A stretch of DNA of 61,791 nucleotides, filler included, from Choristocarpus tenellus KU-1152 (Eukaryota > Protista > Phaeophyceae): NCBI GenBank assembly GCA_964200185.2. It is 10 parts of 10 records of this genome, joined end to end, with 100 filler letters (N's around TTAATTAATTAA, not from the genome) between each part and the next. Parts side by side here need not be neighbours in the genome. Positions count along the whole stretch, not along the records: positions 48,777 to 52,717 come from CAXNAD020017020.1; positions 52,818 to 56,135 come from CAXNAD020020842.1; positions 56,236 to 61,791 come from CAXNAD020010438.1; 7 more parts are not named here. The stretch is one strand, 5' to 3'. This document shows, one piece after another, positions 52,642 through 61,791 of the stretch (position 1 is the first letter of the stretch; every line of letters begins with the position of its first letter). Below the pieces are notes generated by a model. That model saw only the letters and a list, made by a program, of their open reading frames with translations, was not told where the DNA came from and did no database searches. The translations under genes were made by a program, and so were the position numbers.

Positions 52642-52967
52642 TGGAGTATCGCACAACACCCCATCAAGCCCCAAACAGACAACCTGGTCCAATACAACTA
52701 AGCTGCCCTGCCCTGCCNNNNNNNNNNNNNNNNNNNNNNNNNNNNNNNNNNNNNNNNNNNNTTAATTAATTAANNNNNNNNNNNNNNNNNNNNNNNNNNN
52801 NNNNNNNNNNNNNNNNNTCTGCACAGCGGAGGTGTGTTTTGTGAGCAAAAGCTTTGAAGTGTACCCCAAGGACCCTGTGAGCTCCCCCCCCCCCCCCCCT
52901 GATCCTCACAACCTCATCCTTGCATTTTCACTTCCAAACCACCCGAGAGTGGGTGTTGCCTGGGTGA

Positions 52968-53003
52968 CCTAACCCTAACCCTAACCCTAACCCTAACCCT
53001 AAC
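52968..53003. repeat. Interstitial telomere-type repeat (CCCTAA)~6
   Basis: cctaaccctaaccctaaccctaaccctaaccctaac. Confidence 0.85.
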
Positions 53004-54616
53004 ATTTTCTTTCCATGATGACCTTCGTATCAACTACTAACCCCCTCTTTTTTCTTTTTGTAGTCAGTGCTCCTTTTCTTGATCTTAATGCGTATGTTAC
53101 ATTCAATCTTGCATCTCTTTCTCTCTCTCTCTCTCTCTTCTTTCTTTTCTACCTTTCTCACTGCACCTTGATATTGTCTGAATGCTGTTGGCCATTCCCA
53201 AGGCGCTCATCGTTAGGCACAGTAGCTAACGGCACTGCATGCCCATTGATTTTTTTGTCAATTGCTGGCAGCCCAGAGCACGAGACAGTTTCAACATTTT
53301 TTTTCTGTTGTGCTCATATTTGACCAAGGGTCTGGCTAGTATCATAGTAGATGGACCGCCAAGTTGGGAATTGCTTGAGCAATGACAAGGTGCTTGCTAC
53401 TTCTCCACTACTCCCTCCGTAAACGTCATTTGATGGTTGTGCCCCCTTTTGTACTTGGGTAAGGATGATTATTCATCACTGATAAATATCAGTAAAATAA
53501 GAGAGCGGCACTGTTTGGGGACAGAGCAAGCATCCCAGCATCCATCTGTAGGCTGTTTGTCTTGGAAGCACCACGACCTTTTCCCTTCCTTGGGTGTTCT
53601 ATCTGCTTTTGAGTACCATGTGCTCGAAGTATGACCCTAGGTGTGTTGACTTGCATAGTCACCCCCTCTGTGTGGAACTGGGAGATTCTACTCATGTCAA
53701 CACATAGGCTACGGTTTCCCTACAGTTACTGGTTGAACCAGGTTTGCTGCAAGCTGCCAGCACTTCACAAGGTAAAAGAAATTTTCTTTCGAGTGGAAGC
53801 ATTGCCATTATGTAGAAGACTGGATGAGGTACAATCGTGTAGAGCTGGTTAGAGCCAGTGCATGAAACAGAGCAGATGGATCTCGTTGGAGGTATCCATG
53901 ATGTAAGTACATGAAGTGCTTGTAAGATTTTTTATTTTTTACCTTTCTGTGCATTAACGATTTCCACAAAGTTGGGTCAATTTTATTGGAACCACCTTGA
54001 TCAAAAGTATTACAAGAAAGGAATTTTTTAATAATATTTGCGCCAGCCTCAGCATCTGAGAGCATATGTGCAATATAGAGTAGACCAGCTTAAAGCGATG
54101 ACCTCACTTGGTGGATCTTGATTTTTTGTTATATTTTTTTAATATATGGAGAGAGCTTGTTGTGGAGTACAGTGACGGCAACAGGAATTAGTTTTTATTG
54201 TCATTTTGAGCTCGCCTTATTGTGTGGACTATCCCTTCCCATTTTAAGTCAGAACACACTGACTGAACTACTTCCCATACTAAATAAAATATGATGAATG
54301 TTGCGCTACAACTAATTGCACTACCTGTGTTCATGCCTTGCCTATCGTGTGTTGGGTTGAGCTCTCCCACCTCTTGTTCCTCCGCCTCCTCCCTCGAATC
54401 AGCTGGACGACCTGCCTTGACAATGCTCCGCAATAATGAATTGCCCACTTGTTTTCGATTCTCCTTGTCTTTGTCGTATAGCGACAAATAGGATAGTGCA
54501 GTTAGGTGTACAACCAGTAGTGCTTGCGAGGTAGACTTCGAATCATTTGAACCAAATATTCCTGAAAGAAATCTGGCGTCGAGGGTTTGAACCTGAAAAA
54601 CTGATGTTGTCTATTT

Positions 54617-55018
54617 AGCCTATTCCCTCTACAAGGTACTGGTAATTTAAAGGCATTCTTGTAGAAAAATGGATGGATTAATGGATGAAAATTACTCACT
54701 TCTACACGATACATATATGTGAGGGGTACGCAGAAAGGTTTGTTGAGGAAGATATACGTCCATATGGGAATGCCCCTTATGCCATGCGGGTGTGCAACAG
54801 AGACGTGACAAATTGATGTTATCTATTTTGCCTGTTCCATCTACAAGGTACTGGTAATTTAAAGGCAGTTTTGTAGAAAAATGGATGGATTAACGGATGA
54901 AAATTACTCGCTTCTACACAATATATAAATGTGAGGGGTACCCAGAAAGGTTTGTTGCGGAAGATATTGGCCCATGTGGGAGTGCCCCTTTTGCCATGCG
55001 GGTGTGCAACAGAGATGT
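54617..55018. repeat. Tandem duplication with a ~212-bp period
   Basis: ctacaaggtactggtaatttaaaggca...gccatgcgggtgtgcaacagaga occurs starting at ~54629 and ~54841. Confidence 0.85.
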
Positions 55019-55774
55019 AAGAACGTAAGAAATGAGCTTGAATGGTGCGATTGGTGCAGCCTTGGTGTGCAAGAGAGAAAGAGTCATCCTAGCACTGGCG
55101 TCACAGTTGTGGGGTGCACACACACGCTTTGTTCTGTGATACATGGCGCCAATTAAGTTGTAACTGAAGATATCAAAGCCCTGCTGATCTTTCTCAACTC
55201 TCTGAGACTCTCTGATGTAACTCTCTGGAGGACGCGGCTTCCTCGTAGCTTGGGCATTCTGGGTGTACAACTGCTGCACCCCGCCTGATGAAGCGGATGA
55301 ATGGTTTCATTAGAATATCATGGGGGAGGTTCAGCCTTCTTTGCTGCTGTTGAAGGAGCGGTGGAAGTCACGATAAGGGAACAGATGGGGCAGTCAGTGC
55401 AAGTGCAAATTGACTCCTTCAAGATGGCTGCACATCTTCAACGGATGACGGGGGAGAGACCTTCAATTTCCCACAAAGGTGGTGGCGAGAAAGGACACCG
55501 CCGTCATCCATTTGTACAGAGTCAAACTTCATTATTTAAATTGCAATAGTTACACAATAGGATACTTTGATTGTTGACGTGGAAAAAAAAATATTGGTCT
55601 TGTTCAATTATAAAATCATTTTGTTTGAACAGTCATTACATACAAAACGACTCGTAGATTCTGTGTACTCTTCTCGATGTGTCGTCGAATATTCACCACC
55701 TGAAAGTGGTGCCATGGCCAGGCAAGCAATGTTGATTAATCCATTGGTCGTTAAGGACCTACCTACCCCCTCAA

Positions 55775-55985
55775 GTATCCACTTGCAAACCAGTGCGACC
55801 AATTTCCGTTAATGGTTTTCACTAACAAACTACTGTAGCCAATTTTCACTTAGTGTCCACTTGCAAACCACTGCAGCCAATTTCTACGTTTCTACTGGGA
55901 AACCAGTAAGGTCAATTTCCTAGAATCCGCTCCCACATCAATCCTCCCCCCCAAACGGTCCATCTCCATCCATGACACTCCACAG
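55775..55985 (-). repeat. Inverted relative of the 1920-2222 transposon subterminal region
   Basis: accagtgcgaccaatttc and gtccatctccatccatgacactcc are near reverse complements of gaaattggtcgcattggt and ggagtgtcagggatggagatggac. Confidence 0.6.
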
Positions 55986-56485
55986 TCATCTGAGAACCCC
56001 CCAAACCACCCAAAACACTCTATCTCCATCCACTCCTCCCATACTGCAACTTTGAACCAGAAGATATCTACCCTGCCTGAGCTCGACCTCGCTAACCCCC
56101 CCCAAAATGCCACTCAATCGTCACTAGTTGAGAGGNNNNNNNNNNNNNNNNNNNNNNNNNNNNNNNNNNNNNNNNNNNNTTAATTAATTAANNNNNNNNN
56201 NNNNNNNNNNNNNNNNNNNNNNNNNNNNNNNNNNNGTATAGATGAGGGTGCTGTTTGTGTATTGCCTTGCGTCACCGCCAATGTTTTGCAGCATAGATAC
56301 TAAGGGGATGACCTGCAGATATCCTGCAGTGGTGTTCCATAGGGCTATCCCCCTTAAAGGCTTCGTGTCCTTTCTTTGTTTCGTTTTTGTGTCACTACCC
56401 AAACCATGAGGTACATAGTCCAGTGATGCCCTGATTCTTTTCTTACTACTCTTGGTTTGACACTACCAACCCATTTCAAAAATAG

Positions 56486-57097
56486 GTGAGGCAAGCCTAC
56501 AGGCAGACTGCAGAGCGATCACTGAGCTTAAGCCGAAACTTCGCTTCATTTTCTGGTGAGAAACTCTCCCACATCCAATAGGGAAGGCAACTCTAAGGCC
56601 AGCGTTGAGCAAATTTCCTTTTTCTGAATCAAAAACTATGATCTTATGAAGCGATTCAGTTTCTGTACATGTCTTGTACCATCCTATACTGGTATTTCGT
56701 GTCATTTTTCACAGCCAGGTCTGCATGATACCAAGATCATTACAAAGTATGTAGTATTGATTTGAGTGATCTTACTCCGTTCAGGGAGTTGAATCCATGT
56801 ATTTATCCTTACTCATCAAATATTGTGATTTCTTCCTTTACCCCCCACTCCCCATCCTGGTGACCCTTTGCACACTTTGTTGCTGCTCCTCTTATCCCTC
56901 GTTCCCCAGCTATCTTCATGGGATCAGAGTGTGTGATCGAGAAACTTAGAGCAAAACATGATATGATGAACTCTGTGTATGCTGGGTGCTTGACGGGGGC
57001 TGCCTTCGGGATCAAGAGTGGACCTCAATCAGCCTGCATAGGATGCATTGGCATGGCGACTTTTTCAGCTGCGATTGATGCCTTCATGGGGCACTGA
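56486..57097 (+). CDS. TIM22: Mitochondrial inner-membrane translocase Tim22, last two exons
   Basis: Exons 56486-56555 and 56910-57097: [56 protein letters not shown]...[25 protein letters not shown]. Confidence 0.9.
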
Positions 57098-58747
57098 AGG
57101 GAGCAAGCCAGTATAATGAATGTGGCCTTGGATATTGTTTGATATTTGGCGTTTTTTTGTCATTGTTTAGTGGTTTGTTCCTTGTGCTGAATGTGTGTGT
57201 ACATTATTTTTTGCATCCATTAACTTCTGGTCTTACCTGGATTGTGATATCTGAATCTACATTGACATTTTATTACCATTTGTACAACTATTGAAAATCA
57301 ACTCATGGTTAAAACTTTGTTGTAGTTTGTTCCTTCCGATATATGTAGTAGGTGACTATTGAAGTGTATAGTATTATCATTGAGTTTTCAGAACATTCTG
57401 ATAGCCGCTTGATGTTGAAACTGTAACTCAAGGGTAATCTTTCTGATTGAACCTTGAGGATGCATCCGGCATCGGGGACAAATATTTGTCGATGGTTGAG
57501 TGCCACATCAAAAAGCAGGCAATTTGCTGTGGTTCAAGTCCAAGAAGGCTCATCTGGAACATTTTGTTGTACCAAGCGCAGAAGATAAGAATGGCTCACA
57601 CAGAAATTTAGTCTCATCATCAGAAACAAATACCAGCAATGGTGTCATCATCTCCAGGTGGATGGGTTCCTGAACCCTCTCTGTGTGCTCCATCCTGTGG
57701 GTTGATCACACACATTTTTTTGCTGTGAGAAAAAATAGTTCGGACCCACATGGCACCTTTCTTTAGTCACACAAGACAATGGCACTAGTGGTGTGGATTG
57801 TGGTGATTCAGTCGCTACAATCTGATTAAATCACAATTTGGTCAAAACCGAAACTCGAGGGGTGATTTCTGATCGGTTAGCTTTCGCATGAATTTGTTCC
57901 GCGAAAACTGCCCCGCCGCCTCCACTCATGCACTGCACGTACACTTGAACAACAATTGATTGCATCAAGATTTTTCTCATTAGATTTTTCTACAGGATCT
58001 AACTTACTCTCATCAGTGCCTTTGGTTCACAACACATGCTTCTCATGCAGCCAGCAAAACATCTGTCTTTGGGTGCCTATGTGAACACAATTGCTCCCAC
58101 TTGAGAAGGGTTCTATCCCTGTTATCATAACCCTTTGCCTCTATTGTAGTGCTTTATCAGTACACTGTGTGGGAGGACTGATGCCCTGCGCCCTTCACTC
58201 ACGGTTCTTTGGCCGCTTGATTGTGTGCAATCCATTGAATAGACAGATGCATGCTGCAGGAAAGTGGTCATTTGGTTGAGCAGGAATAGCTGAGTGCAGC
58301 ACAAGGCAGCCGATACATCTGCTGCACCAATCATGTTTTGCATGAGCAATAATCAAGAAATGTGGGTGGGAGACGAAGAAATGGGAGTGATGGTATTGCA
58401 ATGATTTTAAGTGAGGATAAAATTCAGTTATTATGTGTCTATTGATGGTACAGCTCTACATAGCAACATTGTGCATGATTGGTGGGAGGAGCTGAGTCGA
58501 TACTCTTGGATCCAAATAGTGTTTAAGCATAATACCCCCACTCTGACTGCCTAAAAATCAATCCTAACCCTAATCCCAATCCCCTCTGGAGCCATGATTC
58601 CTGCAAATGCAAAACTTTTATCCATTCTCCTGTTGAAGTATATTAGTAATGCAGTACAGTGAGGTCACCTTTAATGTTATATTTGAGTTTTGTGTTATCG
58701 TTGCTTGCACACGTGTAGATCTAGAGTAGCATAAATAGTACTAGTTT

Positions 58748-61183
58748 CTACGGTGACTTCTTTGCTGCTCCACTTCCTCCCATGACAGCAGAAACACTTA
58801 TGTAGTTGATGACAGAAGTGGATGCAAGGGTGAGAACAAATGCCAGGCTGTGAGATAGCTCCAATCCATTCACTAGAGCAGCGTTGATGAATGGTGACAA
58901 GACAATGCTCACCTGATGATGTTAGCAAAATTATCGTGTTTCGTGTTGGGCAGCAGGTTCAGGGGAGGGAAAAGTAGATGTGAGTACTAGCAGGGCAGAG
59001 GACTGGATGAAGTGGAGGAGGTGGTAGTTTGAAGTTGAAAAACATATAAAAAGGAGGTCCGCGCAAGAGGAATTGAGATGTGGACAGTTTCCACTTCCTT
59101 CTAAGTTAGTTATCACACAATTGGTTCATGTACTCCATTGATGAATCGCTGCAGCGACCATGTTTCTCACTCTCCTTAAACAAGGCACAGCATATTTCCA
59201 GAACATTTTAACATTTAGTCTCCCAAACATTGCCTTCCCATATCCAGAGCTGGAATAAAGTTTTGGCTTGACCTTTGATCAAGGCCTTTTGTGCACATTG
59301 CCAAAAAAAGGAATTAATTGTGCTTCTCCTATCCCAAAGGAGGGAGCACCCACTGTTCCCCTTTTCTAAGTTTGGTCGTCTTTTCTCATCCCTATCCCAC
59401 AGCATTCATTAGCCTGAAACCAGCATGTGGAAAATTAAAACCACTCTGTTTCCATGTGTCTGTTGGGGCTTTGGACTTGTACCCAACTTTCCCAAGAAGA
59501 AAATAAACAGCAAGGTACTGTACACAGTTGAATATCCCTTTCCCCTAGATTAAAGGGAAGTTGGAGGTGTAGAAGCAATGCAATGAATACCTCATCGCTA
59601 AGAATGACTTGTTTGAAATTATCTCAGGTAGCGAGTGGTCCCTGAAAATACTGAGCACTTGAAGCCAAGGATCCCTACTACCATGGATGATGAAGAACGT
59701 CCAGTTTACCACGAGCAGCACATATTTGACTGAGGTGTATCCTAGTTCAGAACATCATATGTTTCTTGCTAAAAAATATTCTACCCTTGCTCTGAGTGAT
59801 TTGTGTTCGATCATTCTGTAAAACATCTGTGGTTAATGATGAGAGGTCCATGCTCTCCCTAACATTACCCAGGTTGCAAAGATCAGTATCTTATTGGCAC
59901 AATGGGGTAAGGGCTGACAGAAACAGTGTTCAAAATGACTTGGGAAAAGGAACTCTCCATTGCTTGTTGGAAATTCACGGTGGAAATTGCAGTGTTTGGG
60001 TTCTATGCAGAGAGATGCAGGTCCTCAAACCCCAGCAATGAATTGCAATAGCTTTTTGAAGTCATTTCTTGTCCTGACTGTCAGGTTAGCAAGAGAACAG
60101 TTGCCGCACCATAGGGATATCCTAGACCGAAATTTCTGTGCTGTTCCGTATTGGAGCAATCTAAAGATTTGAGTACTGATGGGTGTGAGTTAATTCAAGA
60201 TAGTGTAGATACATGCGATTTAATGGGGATACTGCATTACGAAACACTTAAAGGCTAGGACAGACTTGAGAGATGGTAAGGAGTAGAATAGTTACACAAC
60301 AAAATGTGCTCGTGCTCTAAGGAGTGCACAATGGGAACCGTGTCAAGTGATAGATGAGCCTATCGAATGTTGTGCTGAACTACGGAGATTTTATCGGGAC
60401 CAAACAAGTTATCTGTCGTGGTTCATTTAGACTCCTGGTTCCCACTACGTCATTGACACATAATAACAATGTTCCGCAACGAAAGGGGTCGTGCAAGTGG
60501 AAGAGATCCTCACCGAATATGTAACGTAGGTCGCCACCAAGCTTGGCCAGTACTTCTCACTTCTCCCAAAGACGATAAGCTCATGCAGTGAAAACTGCAT
60601 GGCTACTGAAATCAAGTAGGCTAGTGTCCACGCAACTGACCAACAGTGGGGTAGGATATGATGGCAGAGGGATATTGCATGCACATATCAATTAGAAGAT
60701 CAAAGTGCTCAGGTTACAAGGGTGTTTAAAGTTGTTCTTTCTAAGAGCAGACTTCACTCTACAGGTCCTTTTAGGGTTTCATTCATAGGCAAAACATACC
60801 TGTTGCCCTTTGCCATGTAAATGGATTGCAAGCATCGATAAATCGATCCAAGAGGAAGAACAGGATGTTCCCAATCCCTCCCGAGAGGCAAAACCTTGTT
60901 CAAGGAAATAGCGCCAAACTGGGTTTACTGAGGCGGATAGGGCAGCAGGTGCCAAGGACAGGGCAAGCCTAATCAAAATTGTTGTCATTCCTCTGTATCT
61001 GCGCGTCGAAGTTTGATGAACTGATATAGGATACTTCCTACTCCTGCAAACCCTACGTACGTGCCCATCAGCATACCTCAACGGCCTTGGGAGTCCTCCA
61101 AAAGCGGGGTGAGGAGTGCCATTGGTGTGACAATCTGATTGCACAATTCCAGTTTGGTCTGAGACCTCTTTGGCACGTCCCAT
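58748..61183 (-). CDS. GtrA-like small four-TM membrane protein, ~162 aa
   Basis: Phase-compatible exons 61183-61077, 60894-60800, 60635-60514 and 58912-58748. Translation: ...PLRFCLSGGIGNILFFLL...VAWTLAYLISVAMQFSLHELIVFG...YVTYSVSIVLSPFIN...AFVLTLASTSVINY. Confidence 0.75.
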
Positions 61184-61416
61184 TGGTATCCAGGAACAGT
61201 ACACAAACACGTACAACTTAACCTGTCAATTGTAACCTGTCCAGAAAACACATTCACATCCCACTACAGTCAAAGTAGGGCACACCGTTTTGGACTCTCT
61301 TTACCAGAATGATAAGTTAGTGTCTTACTCACTATCAAAAGGTTGTTCCTTCCATGAATTTCTCTGGTTCGAATGCTATCGATGATTTCTTTTCACTTAA
61401 ATCCAGTTTCCATTAT

Positions 61417-61490
61417 TTTTATTATTATGCTCTCTAACATTTTCCAGATGTGTTTGGGGGGAAACAAATGACAACTGAAAATATGTCAGT
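61417..61490 (+). repeat. Copy of the ~75-bp TIR (left end of an element)
   Basis: ttttattattatgctctctaacattttccagatgtgtttggggggaaac...atgtcagt. Confidence 0.65.
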
Positions 61491-61587
61491 ACAGTAGGTG
61501 CCCCGATTTTGTTCACCCATGGGCAAGCCCGAAAAAAGCGATACAACATATATGTGTGTGGTACAATATCGTTTTTTCAAAAAAATG

Positions 61588-61791
61588 GGAAATCAATCGT
61601 GGAATCGAGTAATTGATCGTGGTTAGCTGGGAAAATCAATCGTCGAAGCGACTGATTATTAATCGTGGCATTCCTGGGAAATCAATCGTGGAATCGAGTA
61701 ATTAATCGCGGTTAGCTGGGAAATCAATCGTGGAATCGAGTGATTAATCGTGGTGAGCTGGGAAATCAATCGTCGAAGTGACTAATTAATC
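61588..61791. repeat. ~42-bp tandem repeat array (gggaaatcaatcgtggaatcgagtaattaatcgtggttagct), running off the window end
   Basis: About five near-identical units with no unique spacers. Confidence 0.85.

Noticed and set aside
52968-53003. True chromosome end
   Set aside because: Only about 6 units, with unique sequence on both sides.
61588-61791. CRISPR-like appearance of the 42-bp array
   Set aside because: Units are contiguous with no unique spacers, there are no cas genes, and the context is eukaryotic.

Overview
Eukaryotic, intron-rich genomic DNA. It is most likely from a photosynthetic stramenopile (ochrophyte, brown-alga-like): three genes carry bipartite signal peptide + 'A-F' plastid-targeting leaders, (CCCTAA)n tracts occur, and there is a motile-cilium gene (CCDC39). 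The window is a pseudomolecule of about 10 contigs joined by artificial N-TTAATTAATTAA-N linkers, so adjacency across linkers is not evidence of real linkage. By manual splicing I reconstructed 12 genes or gene fragments: two uncharacterised plastid-targeted proteins, a disrupted class II-like HDAC, ITPK1, probable COG5 and NUP214 5' ends, an Orange-like DnaJ zinc-finger protein, cytochrome b561, an LPAAT-type acyltransferase, the CCDC39 last exon, TIM22 3' exons and a GtrA-like membrane protein. The non-coding space holds a decayed PIF/Harbinger transposase and several MITE-like families. I see no clear novel multi-gene system. The most notable observations are the HDAC with a stop codon and frameshift but intact splice sites, three head-to-head gene pairs (two with identical 346-bp ATG-to-ATG spacing), three apparent GC-AG introns, a compact Orange-like protein, and a MITE family in which one terminal repeat is shared by different interiors. 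All family assignments come from recalled motifs, not from database searches.
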